A DNA stretch of 64,000 nucleotides from Acidobacteriota bacterium (GCA_040755995.1 JBFMAF010000045.1:1-64000); one strand, 5' to 3'. Positions 8,603-19,050 are shown, numbered from the stretch's first letter. Translations and numbers: made by a program. The notes: generated from the letters alone by a model not told the origin.

Positions 8603-10765
8603 TTATTGCGTGATCCCCATCAGGTCGAGCACGAAGGCGTGGACCAGGGCGGTGTCGCGGTAGTGGCGCAGGCGGCCCGATGTCCCGCCGTGGCCCGCTT
8701 CCATGTTCGTGTAGAGCAGCAGCCGGTTCTGGTCGGTCTTCATCGCGCGCAGCTTGGCTACATACTTCGCCGGCTCCCAGTACTGCACCTGTGAGTCGTG
8801 CAGCCCGGTGGTGATGAGCATGTTCGGATACGCTTTCCTCTCGACGTTGTCGTAGGGCGAATACGAGAGCATGTACTCGTAGTATTCCTTCTTGTTCGGG
8901 TCGCCCCACTCGTCGTACTCGGCGGTGGTGAGCGGAATCGACGGATCGAGCATGGTGGTGATCACGTCGACGTAGGGCACCTGGGAAACCACACCCTTGA
9001 AGAGGTCCGGGCGCATGTTGGTCACCGCGCCCATCAGAAGTCCTCCGGCGCTGCCGCCGTGCGCGAATAGGCGGTCAGGCGATGTATAACGCTCCTTGAC
9101 CAGATACTCCGCGCAGTCGATGAAGTCGGTGAACGTGTTCTTCTTGTGCAGCAGCTTGCCGTTGTCGTACCAATCACGCCCGAGCTCCTGGCCGCCGCGT
9201 ATGTGCGCTACAGCGTATGCGAACCCGCGGTCCAGCAGCGACAGGCGCGCAACGTCGAAGTACGCGCTCATGCTCGCGCCGTACGAGCCGTAGCCGTAGA
9301 GCAGGAGCGGCGCGCGGCCGTCCTTCACGAATGACTTGCGGTAGACTATCGAAATGGGCACCTTGACGCCGTCGCGCGCCGTGGCCCACAGCCGCTCGGT
9401 AACGTAGTTGGCCGGGTCGAAGCCGCCGAGAACCTCGTCACGCTTCATCAGCGTCCTGGCGCGGGTCGCCATGTCGTAGTCGTATGTCGAGCTCGGTGTC
9501 GTCATGGACGTGTACACGTACCGCAGTGTCGTCGTGTCGAAAACCGGGTTCCTCGCAATGAATGCGGCATAGGCGGGCTCGCCGAAGTCTATGTAGTGCT
9601 CGCCGCCGCCGGCCCACGGGATCACCCGCAGATGCGTGAGCGCCCCCTTCCACTCGGAGACCACCAGGTAGTCGCGGAAGATCTCCATGTCTTCGAGGTA
9701 GACGTCGTCGCGGTGCGGGATGACCTCTTTCCAGTTCTCCCGTCCAGTGGCGCTGACCGGTGTCGACATCAACCGGAAGTTCTTCGCATGATAGTTTGTG
9801 CGGATGTAGAAGCGGTCCCCGTAGTGGTCGACGGAGTACTCGTGACCGCGCTCGCGCGGCAAGAACACCTTGAATTCGTCCTCGGGCTTGTCCGCGTCGA
9901 CGTAGCGATACTCGTTCGCGAGAGTATGCCAGCAGGAGATCATGATGAAGCGCTTCGACTTCGTCTTGAAGGCCGCGCATGAAAAGGTCTCGTCCTTCTC
10001 CTCGTAAACCAGCGGATCGTTCGCCGGATCGCTGCCCAGCACGTGCCGGTAGATGCGGTACCAGCGCAGGGTCTCCGGATCCTGCTTGGTGTAGAAGACG
10101 GTTCTGTTGTCATTGGCCCACGCAACGTTGCCGCTCACGTCGGACAGTACGTCGGGAAGGACTTCGCCAGTGCTGAGGTTCTTGAAGCGAACGGTATAGA
10201 ACCTCCGTCCTACTGTGTCCGTGGCGTAGGCCATGATGTCCTGGCCGGAGCTTACCTCGACGCCTGTGACCGAGAAGTAGCCGTGGCCGTTGGAAAGCGC
10301 GTTGGCGTCGAGCATCACCTGCTCTGCGGCATCCAGCGTCCCCCGCTTCCTGCAGTAGACGGGGTAGTTGCCGCCCTCGACGAAGCGCGTATAGTAGTAA
10401 TAGTCGTCCAGCTTGTACGGCACCGACGAATCGTCCTGCTTGAGGCGCCCGGTGATCTCGTTGTAGAGCCTTTCCTGGAATGCCTCGGTGTGCTTCATCG
10501 CGGCGGAGAGATAATCATTCTCAGCCTTGAGGTACGCCATTACGTCCGGGTTCGATCGCTCTTTGAGCCAGTAGTAGTCGTCGATACGTACGTGGCCGAA
10601 CTCCTCAAACCTGTGCGGGTCGACTTTCGCCACAGGCGGCCCCTGGACCGCCTCGGCTCTGGGCGGCGCGGCCGCCGGTTGAACCGGAGCCTTCGCAGCG
10701 CAGGCAGCCAGCGCCGCGACGAGTGCGACGAGAGCGTATAGGTTCCTCTTGTGCATTCCTCTCAT
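8603..10765 (-). CDS. ptrB: Oligopeptidase B (S9A), probable lipoprotein
   Basis: DDYYWL, LYGYGSYG, HIRGG, catalytic GGSAGG, GLHDSQV, AGHGG; lipobox LAAC. Confidence 0.93.
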   Translation of the reverse strand: MRGMHKRNLYALVALVAALAACAAKAPVQPAAAPPRAEAVQGPPVAKVDPHRFEEFGHVRIDDYYWLKERSNPDVMAYLKAENDYLSAAMKHTEAFQERLYNEITGRLKQDDSSVPYKLDDYYYYTRFVEGGNYPVYCRKRGTLDAAEQVMLDANALSNGHGYFSVTGVEVSSGQDIMAYATDTVGRRFYTVRFKNLSTGEVLPDVLSDVSGNVAWANDNRTVFYTKQDPETLRWYRIYRHVLGSDPANDPLVYEEKDETFSCAAFKTKSKRFIMISCWHTLANEYRYVDADKPEDEFKVFLPRERGHEYSVDHYGDRFYIRTNYHAKNFRLMSTPVSATGRENWKEVIPHRDDVYLEDMEIFRDYLVVSEWKGALTHLRVIPWAGGGEHYIDFGEPAYAAFIARNPVFDTTTLRYVYTSMTTPSSTYDYDMATRARTLMKRDEVLGGFDPANYVTERLWATARDGVKVPISIVYRKSFVKDGRAPLLLYGYGSYGASMSAYFDVARLSLLDRGFAYAVAHIRGGQELGRDWYDNGKLLHKKNTFTDFIDCAEYLVKERYTSPDRLFAHGGSAGGLLMGAVTNMRPDLFKGVVSQVPYVDVITTMLDPSIPLTTAEYDEWGDPNKKEYYEYMLSYSPYDNVERKAYPNMLITTGLHDSQVQYWEPAKYVAKLRAMKTDQNRLLLYTNMEAGHGGTSGRLRHYRDTALVHAFVLDLMGITQ

Positions 10766-10811
10766 GGTTCTTCTCTCCCAGTGTGTTCGGGGTGCATAGG
10801 TGGTGTTACTG

Positions 10812-10856
10812 AAATCCGCAATCCGAAATCAATCCCAAATCAGATCCGAAATCGCG
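10812..10856. repeat. Degenerate heptamer tandem repeat (AAATCCG-like)
   Basis: aaatccg caatccg aaatc aatcc caaatc agatccg aaatcgc. Confidence 0.55.
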
Positions 10857-10881
10857 CAGCTACGCTGCTCGTTTCGGCTGC

Positions 10882-11340
10882 TCATCGGCACCAGGGCGTG
10901 AAGAAGAGAATGTAGGCCGCCACCAGTTGCCGCACATCGTTGTTATACGGGCTCACCCGGCCGATGGTTGCACCCGCACGATCGCGGATGGTGCCGTCGG
11001 AGTCGATGCGGCCGGCGGTCGAACCGGTCCGATCGCGCAACGTGCCATCGCCGTCGATCCGGCCGAGCATGGAGCCGCCGGCGTCGCGGAGCACCCCGTC
11101 TTCCTCGACGGTGCCGAGGCGAGTCCCGCGGCCGTCGCGGACGTCCCCATTCTCTTCGATGCGCCCTATCAACGTGCCGCCGCTGTCCCGCACCACCCCG
11201 CTGGATTCGATCTCGGCGTAGCGCGCTCCACTGCGGTCACGCACCTCGATGTCGGGTGTCGCGCACGACCCGGGCCCGGCCGTTTCCAGCAGAGCCATCA
11301 CCGCCAGGATCACGATCGCTGTCCCGCGCAGTCCCATCAT
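10882..11340 (-). CDS. Secreted 17-aa-repeat protein (5-fold beta-flower-like)
   Basis: AAGGAGG RBS before ATG 11340, signal peptide, five G-x-[VLI]-R-D-x-x-G-x-x-[ILA]-G-[RT]-[IV] repeats, C-terminal hydrophobic helix. Confidence 0.75.
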   Translation of the reverse strand: MMGLRGTAIVILAVMALLETAGPGSCATPDIEVRDRSGARYAEIESSGVVRDSGGTLIGRIEENGDVRDGRGTRLGTVEEDGVLRDAGGSMLGRIDGDGTLRDRTGSTAGRIDSDGTIRDRAGATIGRVSPYNNDVRQLVAAYILFFTPWCR

Positions 11341-11384
11341 GTGGTACCTCCTTCGCGTCCCGGGAAGGCTCGCGCAGCCTCGGG

Positions 11385-12509
11385 CTAACCGTTCAGGATT
11401 TCCTCGTAGAATTTCTCGTATTTCGGCAGGATGCGCTCTGTAGCGAAGAGCGACTCGGCACGCTTGCGGCAGGCAACGCTCATCTTGTGCCATAGCCGGT
11501 CGTTCTTCAAGACGGTGATGGCGGCCTCAGCCATCTCCTGGACCTTGCCCATGGGGTGAAGGTACCCGGTCTCGCCGTGCGTGACGACCTCTGGCAGCCC
11601 TCCGACCCTCGATGCCACCGTGGGAACTCCGCAGCTCATGGCTTCCAGCGCAGCCAGTCCGAAGCTCTCCGTTTCGGAGGGCAGGAGCATCAGGTCGGCG
11701 CAAGAGAGCAGCTCCACCACCGACTCCTGCTTTCCGAGGAAGTGGACCTTTTCCTGGAGACGTTCGGCGCGGACCAGGCTCTCGATGCGGCTCCGCTCGG
11801 GCCCATCCCCCACGAGCAGCAGCTGGCTTGGCACCTTCTGCGCCACCTGCTTGAATATCATCACCACGTCGTCGATCCGCTTCACCGGCCGGAAATTCGA
11901 TACATGGATCAAGACCTTGTCGCCGCGCCGGGCCAGCTTGGGCCGGCAGTCAGTGCCCTCAAACCTGCGGTAGACGGTGGTGTTGATGAAGTTCGGGATG
12001 ACTCTGATGTCCTTCTTGACGTTGATCTCCTTCAGAGTGATGCGTTTGAGGTAGCGGGACACGGCCGTGACACCGTCGCTGCCTTCGATCGAGAATCGTG
12101 TCACCGGAAGGAACGTGCGATCACTCCCGACGAGCGTGATATCCGTGCCGTGCAGCGTCGTAACGATCTTGATCTTGTTTCCATGGATCTTCTTGGCTAT
12201 GTAGGCGGCGGCCGCGTGTGGGATCGCGTAATGGACGTGAAGCAGATCGAGTTTCTCGTACTGCGCAACCTCGGCCATCTTCGACGCGAGCGCCAGGATG
12301 TACGGCGGGTGTACGAACAGCGGGTAGCTGACGACTTCCACCTCGTGGAAGAAGAGACGTGGGTGGAAATGGATCAGGCGCTGCGGCAGGGCGTATGAGA
12401 TGAAATGGATTCGATGACCCCGCTCGGCCAGCTCCTTTCCCAGCTCGGTGGCGACAATACCGCTCCCGCCATACGTCGGATAGCAAGTTATCCCTATTCT
12501 CAAACTCAT
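11385..12509 (-). CDS. bshA: N-acetyl-alpha-D-glucosaminyl L-malate synthase (bacillithiol step 1)
   Basis: IGITCYPTYGGSGIVATELG, LHVHYAIPHA, TTLHGTDITLVG, HVSNFRPVKR, ESFGLAALEAM. Confidence 0.95.
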   Translation of the reverse strand: MSLRIGITCYPTYGGSGIVATELGKELAERGHRIHFISYALPQRLIHFHPRLFFHEVEVVSYPLFVHPPYILALASKMAEVAQYEKLDLLHVHYAIPHAAAAYIAKKIHGNKIKIVTTLHGTDITLVGSDRTFLPVTRFSIEGSDGVTAVSRYLKRITLKEINVKKDIRVIPNFINTTVYRRFEGTDCRPKLARRGDKVLIHVSNFRPVKRIDDVVMIFKQVAQKVPSQLLLVGDGPERSRIESLVRAERLQEKVHFLGKQESVVELLSCADLMLLPSETESFGLAALEAMSCGVPTVASRVGGLPEVVTHGETGYLHPMGKVQEMAEAAITVLKNDRLWHKMSVACRKRAESLFATERILPKYEKFYEEILNG

Positions 12510-12520
12510 TGTGGTACGCC

Positions 12521-14104
12521 TCAGTCTATCGTGAGCACAAGGTGATCGGCACAGGCGGCTGGCAGCGCGTCGGCGAGCTCGGCCAGGAAGGCCGGGCCGT
12601 ACTTGGCCAGGAAGTACACCCCCGCGGCGACCCGCTCCTGCAACACACCGCCCGGAAAGCAGCTCGAGCATGCGGCCTCCAGCCGGCGGCTCGTTGTCTC
12701 TTCCTTCTGATACCGCGCGCGGCTGAACTTGCTGCGGAGGTTGCTGATCTGATACACGACCTTCTCGCGGGCGGTGTCGATGGCACCAGTGAGGGTGGGA
12801 TCGACTTCGGCGGCGAGCGGAGAGAGAGCCGCCGCCACCGCCTCGATCTGATCGAGCGATGCCGCGAACAGGGCGTCTTCCGGGTGCGCGCCCTTCAACC
12901 TCTCGAAGATCGCCCTCGGGCCCTGAGCGAGTTCCGGTAGCGACAGCCCGGCCCCGGCCATGAACTTCGCAACGGGTTTTTCCAGAATCGTGGCGGCGGC
13001 GCGCGGGTACAGCACCGAAGGAACCATCCCGTGCGCCGCGAACAGCGCTTCCGCCTGTGCGAAGTAGGCGATCTCGCCGGGCCCCGTCACGGTCGCGAGG
13101 TTCGGCATCAGGAAGTCCTGCACCACCGGCCGCAATAGCACCTTCGGCGAGAACAAGTAGGGCCGGTCCATCCCCTGAGTGATGTCCTCGTCCGACTGGG
13201 CCAGGAAATACCTCCCGCCCTCAAACCGGACTCCCTGGCGTTCCCCGCTGCGCAACCAGAAGAAGTTGGGGTACGTCGTGCGGACCTGCAGATCATATCC
13301 CATAGCCTCGATCAGCTCGTCCCTCCGCGCGCTGCTCTCGACTATCTCGCCGGCGCGTTCCATTTCCTGCCGGAACACCGGCGCCGCCAGCTCCTTGATC
13401 CTCGGATCGGACGGATTGACGAGCACAAGTCCCGGAAACAGGTGCGTCCACCAGCGGCCGAACGCCTCGGCCCACGACACGCCCGGCTGGTAGATCGAGG
13501 CGAGGCGGTCGAGCAGATCGCGCGTGAACTCAGTGGAGGGCAGAGCCTCGCGCAGCCGCCCGTGCAACAGATCGATCTCCTGGGGTAGCGGCCGGTCTCC
13601 GACCGGCTCCCGGCTCTGCCGCGTGCCCTCCAGGTGGAGCGTCTGGACCTCAGGGCCGGGTACGCTCAAGTGATCGACCTCGGCCAGATCGTGGTCCTCG
13701 CCCTCCATCCAGAACACCGGCACCACACGCACGCCCAGCCGCCCGCTCAGCTCCGCGGCCAGACGCATCGCGGTGAGCGTCTTGTAGAAGTAGAAGAGGC
13801 AGCCGCCGAAGATGGACAGCTGCTGGCCCGTCGTTACTACGAACGTAGTATTATCGGAGATCGCCAGGGCGGCCTCAATCGTGGCCTCAGATGCGCCTAA
13901 CGCGCGATTCTGGTCCGCCAGAACCTGCGACAGGCGCCCGCGGCGCGGCGCCTGCCGGGCCTCCAGAATCTTTCTCCAGTCATCCTCCCGCCTGAAGTCC
14001 CACGAGAAGAGATCGCGGACGCGCTGGAAATCCTCGATGAGATCGACGTAGATGCGGTTGTACCCCGGCAGCGTGCCGAAGGGGACTCGATCTACGACTC
14101 TCAC
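12521..14104 (-). CDS. bshC: Bacillithiol biosynthesis cysteine-adding enzyme
   Basis: VVTTGQQ, VPVFWMEGEDHDLAEV, FSPKVLLRPVVQD, GPGEIAYFAQ, LQER; adjacent to bshA. Confidence 0.9.
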   Translation of the reverse strand: MRVVDRVPFGTLPGYNRIYVDLIEDFQRVRDLFSWDFRREDDWRKILEARQAPRRGRLSQVLADQNRALGASEATIEAALAISDNTTFVVTTGQQLSIFGGCLFYFYKTLTAMRLAAELSGRLGVRVVPVFWMEGEDHDLAEVDHLSVPGPEVQTLHLEGTRQSREPVGDRPLPQEIDLLHGRLREALPSTEFTRDLLDRLASIYQPGVSWAEAFGRWWTHLFPGLVLVNPSDPRIKELAAPVFRQEMERAGEIVESSARRDELIEAMGYDLQVRTTYPNFFWLRSGERQGVRFEGGRYFLAQSDEDITQGMDRPYLFSPKVLLRPVVQDFLMPNLATVTGPGEIAYFAQAEALFAAHGMVPSVLYPRAAATILEKPVAKFMAGAGLSLPELAQGPRAIFERLKGAHPEDALFAASLDQIEAVAAALSPLAAEVDPTLTGAIDTAREKVVYQISNLRSKFSRARYQKEETTSRRLEAACSSCFPGGVLQERVAAGVYFLAKYGPAFLAELADALPAACADHLVLTID

Positions 14105-14931
14105 GCCTTCTTGAACCCCGAGGACAGGGAACCGGTTCTGAATCCGTCGATATCCACTGTCACGTACTTGAATCCGATGTTGTGGAGCCCCTCGCTGATG
14201 CGTCTGCGGATGTCTCCATCGAGCGAGCGGCCCAGATCTTCCAGGCGCAGCTCGATCCTGGCGATTTCGCCGTGGTGGCGGATGCGCATCTCGAGAAAGC
14301 CGAGGCTCCTCAGCAGCTCCTCTCCCTTCTCCACCTGGCGGATCTTCGCCAGGTCGATCCGCTGGTTGAACGGGATCCGGGAGGAGAGGCAGGGCGACGC
14401 GGGGTCGTCGCTGGTCGGGAGGCCGTGCAGCGCGGAGAGCCGGCGGATTTCGTCCTTGCCGAGCTGGGCGTCGAGCAGGGGGCTGGCGACGCCACGCTCG
14501 GTCGCCGCGCGATGGCCGGGCCGGAAATCGCCGGTGTCGTCGCGGTTCATTCCGTAGGCCACCGCGGCGTACCCGCGGTCGCGGGCGAGCCGGTCCAGGA
14601 TAGAGAAGAGCTCTTGCTTGCAGAAGTAGCAGCGGTCGGGCGAGTTGGCCAGGTACTCCTCTCGCTGGAACTCGGCGGATTCCACGAGCTCATGCGGTAT
14701 GGAAAAACGCGCGGCGAATTCGGCGGCCTTCTGTTTCTGGTGCTCCGAAAGAGACGGGCTCACGGCCGTCACCGCGAGCATCTTATCGCCCAGCACACGA
14801 CGGGCAACGTAGGCAAGATAGCTGCTGTCGACACCGCCGCTGTACGCCACCAGAACAGAGCCGAGCGCCCTCAGGCGCTCTTCGAGCCGCTGCTCCTTAT
14901 CCTTCGCTGCAATATCGATATCGTCGGTCAT
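14101..14931 (-). CDS. larE: ATP-dependent sulfur transferase of the LarE family (CxxC-C type)
   Basis: PP-loop AYSGGVDS, RCYFCK, DFRPG, PCLSSRIP, RIRHHG, GFRTGS. Confidence 0.9.
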   Translation of the reverse strand: MTDDIDIAAKDKEQRLEERLRALGSVLVAYSGGVDSSYLAYVARRVLGDKMLAVTAVSPSLSEHQKQKAAEFAARFSIPHELVESAEFQREEYLANSPDRCYFCKQELFSILDRLARDRGYAAVAYGMNRDDTGDFRPGHRAATERGVASPLLDAQLGKDEIRRLSALHGLPTSDDPASPCLSSRIPFNQRIDLAKIRQVEKGEELLRSLGFLEMRIRHHGEIARIELRLEDLGRSLDGDIRRRISEGLHNIGFKYVTVDIDGFRTGSLSSGFKKA

Positions 14932-14940
14932 GCTTGCACC

Positions 14941-16140
14941 TCAGTGAGACGGATCGTCCAGGCGGAGGTATCGGACGGTTGCGCCGGCCTGGAGCGAGAC
15001 CTCGCCCTCGGGCAGCGCCAGCAGGCAGTTTGCCCTGGCGAGGTTCACCAGGTCGCTCGCGCCGACCATGGCGAACGGCTCGACCTCCACACCCTCCGCC
15101 GTGCTTCGCGCCCGCCCATGCAGGAAGCGCCGGCGAGCACCTTTCTTGAGAATCGGAGTCGCGAGTGAGCCCACGTGATATGGTGGGAGCGGCTCTGGGA
15201 CGCCGAGGCACGCGTCGAGATACGGTCGAACCAGCAGATGGTAGTCCACGACAACCGACGCGGGGTTTCCCGGCAGCGAGAACAACGCCTTGCGCCCGAT
15301 CTTTGCGAAGCGCACAGGTCTGCCGGGTCTTATAGCGACGCTGCGGAAATATACGCGAGCACCGATCGTTTCGATCGCCTTGCCGGCCAGATCGAAGTCC
15401 CCCTCGGCGGATCCGCCGGTCATGATCACGAGATCGCGATCCAGTGCCCCTCGCAGGGCCGGAACGATTTCTTCCACACTGTCGCGGGCGATCCCGACAT
15501 AACCGGCGTCCGCGCCGTTGAACTCCAGCAGGCCCAGCAGCGTGAATGCGTTGCTGTTTCGAATCTGCGACGGGCCGGGTGCGATGTTGTACTCGACGAT
15601 TTCGTCTCCTGTGGTGACAACCGCAACGCGCACCGGCTCGTACACGCGCACGGTCTGGCGGCCGAATGACGCCAGCAGCGCAAGCACGGCCGGAGTGATT
15701 CGCGTGCCCTTCGGCGCGGCAAGGCCGCCCTGCCTCAGCTCCCCGGCCCGCAAGGCTATGTTCCGGCCCCTCTCGATCTCGGCCACCAGCTCGACTGTGC
15801 CATCTGCGATCAGCACGTCCTCGCGCTTCACGACGGTGTCGGCACCCCGAGGCACGGGGGCGCCGGTCATGATTCGCACCGCCTGTCCCCGCTCCAGCGT
15901 GAACTCCGGCCAGTGACCCGCCGCGACGGTCTGAGGGAGCAGCGTGCGCCTGGCTCGACCATCCTCGGCTCTCACTGCCACGCCATCCACGAGCGCGCGA
16001 TCGAACGGAGGCTGGTCGCGGTCCGCCCTGATGTCCTCGCCGAGGGTCAGGCCGAGCGACTGGAGCAGCTCGGTCTCGACCGTGCCCTGGAGATCAGCGT
16101 TCTTCAGAACGACCTCCTGCGCCTCCTCAAGTTTCAACAC
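14941..16140 (-). CDS. moeA: Molybdopterin molybdotransferase (gephyrin-like)
   Basis: [43 protein letters not shown]. Confidence 0.93.
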   Translation of the reverse strand: MLKLEEAQEVVLKNADLQGTVETELLQSLGLTLGEDIRADRDQPPFDRALVDGVAVRAEDGRARRTLLPQTVAAGHWPEFTLERGQAVRIMTGAPVPRGADTVVKREDVLIADGTVELVAEIERGRNIALRAGELRQGGLAAPKGTRITPAVLALLASFGRQTVRVYEPVRVAVVTTGDEIVEYNIAPGPSQIRNSNAFTLLGLLEFNGADAGYVGIARDSVEEIVPALRGALDRDLVIMTGGSAEGDFDLAGKAIETIGARVYFRSVAIRPGRPVRFAKIGRKALFSLPGNPASVVVDYHLLVRPYLDACLGVPEPLPPYHVGSLATPILKKGARRRFLHGRARSTAEGVEVEPFAMVGASDLVNLARANCLLALPEGEVSLQAGATVRYLRLDDPSH

Positions 16141-16164
16141 CGGCCACCTCGCAGCGGACCGCCC

Positions 16165-16495
16165 TCACGCGGGCTCCACCACAACCGCCGTCCCGTAGCA
16201 AAGCACTTCGGTCACGCCCTGCATGATCTCGTTCGCATCGTAACGCACGCCGATGACGCCGTTGGCTCCCATGGCCCCAGGCGTGCTGGATCATCATCTC
16301 GAAAGCGTCGTTGCGCGTCTTCTCGCAGAGCTCGGTGAACATGGTGATGTTTCCGCCGACGATGGTCTGGAGCGACCCGGCGAGCGTTCCGAAGATGGAC
16401 CGGCTACGTACCGTGATACCGCGCACGACGCCCAGCGTGCGGACGATGCGATAGCCGTCAAGCGTGAATGCTGTTGTCGTCATTGAGTGATGCAT
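16165..16495 (-). pseudogene. YbjQ/UPF0145-family gene with a +1 frameshift (or sequencing error)
   Basis: Frame 1 gives [13 protein letters not shown]...MMIQHA; skipping one base near 16279 gives [37 protein letters not shown]; span is 331 nt = 3n+1. Confidence 0.85.
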
Positions 16496-16545
16496 GGCCT
16501 GCAATCTCCTTTCGTCGCCGGGAGGGCCTGCAGCCATCCGCGACC

Positions 16546-16590
16546 GACGCAATGACGCGGGGACGCGGAGACACGGAGAGACGGAGACGG
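16546..16590. repeat. Octamer tandem repeat (GAC[AG]CGGA-like)
   Basis: gacgcaat gacgcggg gacgcgga gacacgga gagacgga gacgg. Confidence 0.75.
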
Positions 16591-16603
16591 TGCGTTCCCC
16601 GGC

Positions 16604-17308
16604 TCAATGGCCGCGGGCATGCTTGCCCCCTCTGCCGCCTTCCATGTACTCCCCGCCGGCCGGGCAATGCGCGAGGAGCGGGCACTGGTCGCAGAGCGGC
16701 TTGCGGGCGTTGCAGATCTTGCGCCCGTGATCGATCAGCATGTTGCCGATGGCGATCCAGCTGCTCTTCGGGATCACAGCCATCAGGTCCAGCTCCACCT
16801 TCTCCGGGTCCTGCTTGTCCGAAAGCCCGAGCCTGTTGGCGAGGCGATGAACATGGGTGTCTACCACGATGCCGGTCGGCTTGCCCAGGGCATTGCCGAG
16901 CACGCAGTTCGCGGTTTTACGCCCCACTCCGGGCAGCTGCACCAGCTCGTCCATCGTCTCCGGAACGCGCCCGCCGTGTTTCTCGACGATTGCCTGGCAG
17001 CACCCCCGGATCGCTTTGGCCTTGTTTCGAAAGAAGCCGGTGGTCTTGATCAGCCGTTCCACGTCGGCCTGGGCGGCGCCCGCCAGGTCGGCCACGGTCG
17101 GGTACCTGGCGAACAGCTGCGGCGTCACCATGTTCACACGGACGTCCGTACACTGCGCCGAGAGGATCGTCGCGATCAGCAGCTGGAACGGATCCTCGTG
17201 CTCCAGCGCCGTGCTCGACTGCGGATAATGTTTCCTGAGCATCTTGAGTATCGCCCGGACTCGCCCGTTCTGCTGCGCCCCCTTCCTCGACATCTTCGCC
17301 TTCGTCAC
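16604..17308 (-). CDS. nth: Endonuclease III
   Basis: ILSAQCTDVRVN, HhH LPGVGRKTAN, VDTHVHR, Fe-S motif CNARKPLCDQCPLLAHC; start uncertain (GTG 17308 or ATG 17293). Confidence 0.95.
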   Translation of the reverse strand: MTKAKMSRKGAQQNGRVRAILKMLRKHYPQSSTALEHEDPFQLLIATILSAQCTDVRVNMVTPQLFARYPTVADLAGAAQADVERLIKTTGFFRNKAKAIRGCCQAIVEKHGGRVPETMDELVQLPGVGRKTANCVLGNALGKPTGIVVDTHVHRLANRLGLSDKQDPEKVELDLMAVIPKSSWIAIGNMLIDHGRKICNARKPLCDQCPLLAHCPAGGEYMEGGRGGKHARGH

Positions 17309-17309
17309 C

Positions 17310-19037
17310 TCAAGCCCCCTTTCTGCGAGCACGCGCAAACTCCTCGAACCCCTGGGCGTTTCTGCAGTTCAGGACGTCGTCAGCCTCGATCCACCCCTTG
17401 CGGGCGATCCCGTAACCATACCTCACGTCCCCGGCCCCCACGATACTGTGCGCGTCCGGATTGATCGAGATCGTGATGCCCATTTCCTTGGACTTCTTGA
17501 GGTAGCGCCAGTCGATGTCAAGGCGCTGCGGGTTGGCGTTCAACTCGATCGCAACGCGATTCGCTGCTGCCGCCTCGAGCACCCTCTCAGTGTTGATCTT
17601 GTACGGATCGCGCCCCAGCAGCAGACGGCCGCTGGGGTGGCCGAGGATCGTCGTATAGGGATTCTCGATCGCCCGGATGATCCGGGCGGTCATCTCATCT
17701 TCGCCCATGTTGAAGCGGCTGTGGACGGATGCCACGACGAAGTCAAACTGCTTCAGGATCGATTCGGCGTAGTCCAGCCCACCGTCCGCCAGAATGTCGC
17801 TCTCGGTGCCTTTGAATATGCGGATGCCGGGATACCGCTGTTGCAGCGCGTCGATCTCCTTCCATTGCCGCTCCAGGTCCGCAGGTTTCAGCCCCTGGGC
17901 GTAAGAGGCCGACTGGCTGTGATCGGAGATCGCAACGTATGCGTACCCAAGACCGGCCGCGTGCTGCACGACCTCTTCGACCGTGTTGACTCCGTCCGAG
18001 TAGTTGGTGTGAACGTGGACCAGGCCCACCAGCGCTCCCTCGCGGATCAATGCGGGGAGGGCGTGCGCCTCGGCCGCCTCGATTTCGCCCATGTCCTCGC
18101 GCATCTCCGGCGGAACCTCGTCCATCCCGAGAGCGGCGAAGATCTCTTTCTCGTCGCGGCAGACGAGTGACTTGTCGGTCTTGTCGAACAGCCCCCACTC
18201 GCTCATCTTCAGGCCCATCTTGATGGCGCGCTGGCGCATCGCGATATTGTGGTTCTTGCTGCCCGTCAGGTGGTGCAGGAGGAAAGCGTAGGACTCCGGC
18301 GGTACCACGCGCAGATCCACGCTGATCCCGTTCTTCAGTCGCACGTTCGACTTGGTGGAACCCTTCTCGAGCACCTCGTCGATCGAGTCGTGCGAACAGA
18401 ACACGTCCATGACCCGATCCGGATCTTGCGAGGCGGCCACCAGGTCGATGTCCTTGACAACTTCCTTGCGCCGCCGCAGGCTCCCGGCCACACTCGCGTT
18501 CTGCACGTGTGGAGAGCCGCGCAGCGCGTCGACCAGGGGCTGCGCCGAGTCCCAGGCGACGCTGAACAGATACTGGTTCGAGCTGCGCTTCACGAACTCG
18601 ATCCCCTTCAGTATGTTCTCCTGCGATTTCACACCGAACCCGGGCAGCGTGAGCAGGCGGTTCTCGTTGCAGGCGTATTCCAGCTCCGCGACACTCTTGA
18701 TCCCGAGCTTGTCGTACAGCACCTTCACGCGCTTCGGGCCGAGATTCGGAATCCGCAGAACCTCGAGCAGCCCCTGCGGCAGGCTGGCCTTGAGCTCTTC
18801 GTAGTAAACAAGCTTGCCTGTCTGATCGAGCTCGCGCACCTTCTTCGCGATGGACTCCCCCACGCCCTTGAGCTTCTCGAGGCGGCCGGGCGCCACAAGG
18901 CTCGGCAGGTCCTCCGGGGTCGACTCCAGCACGCGCGCAGCGTTCGAATACGACCGCGACTTGAACGGATTCTCGCCCTTCAGATCCAGGAGCGTCGCGA
19001 TCTCGTGAAGAATCTCGACAACCTGCTTCTTGTCCAT
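17310..19037 (-). CDS. polX: DNA polymerase X with C-terminal PHP domain
   Basis: GENPFK, AGSLRR, catalytic DID and VDLRVV, TGS; PHP motifs HVHTNYSDG, SDHS, GHP, NPDAH. Confidence 0.95.
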   Translation of the reverse strand: MDKKQVVEILHEIATLLDLKGENPFKSRSYSNAARVLESTPEDLPSLVAPGRLEKLKGVGESIAKKVRELDQTGKLVYYEELKASLPQGLLEVLRIPNLGPKRVKVLYDKLGIKSVAELEYACNENRLLTLPGFGVKSQENILKGIEFVKRSSNQYLFSVAWDSAQPLVDALRGSPHVQNASVAGSLRRRKEVVKDIDLVAASQDPDRVMDVFCSHDSIDEVLEKGSTKSNVRLKNGISVDLRVVPPESYAFLLHHLTGSKNHNIAMRQRAIKMGLKMSEWGLFDKTDKSLVCRDEKEIFAALGMDEVPPEMREDMGEIEAAEAHALPALIREGALVGLVHVHTNYSDGVNTVEEVVQHAAGLGYAYVAISDHSQSASYAQGLKPADLERQWKEIDALQQRYPGIRIFKGTESDILADGGLDYAESILKQFDFVVASVHSRFNMGEDEMTARIIRAIENPYTTILGHPSGRLLLGRDPYKINTERVLEAAAANRVAIELNANPQRLDIDWRYLKKSKEMGITISINPDAHSIVGAGDVRYGYGIARKGWIEADDVLNCRNAQGFEEFARARRKGA

Positions 19038-19050
19038 TGTGCAGAATCGG

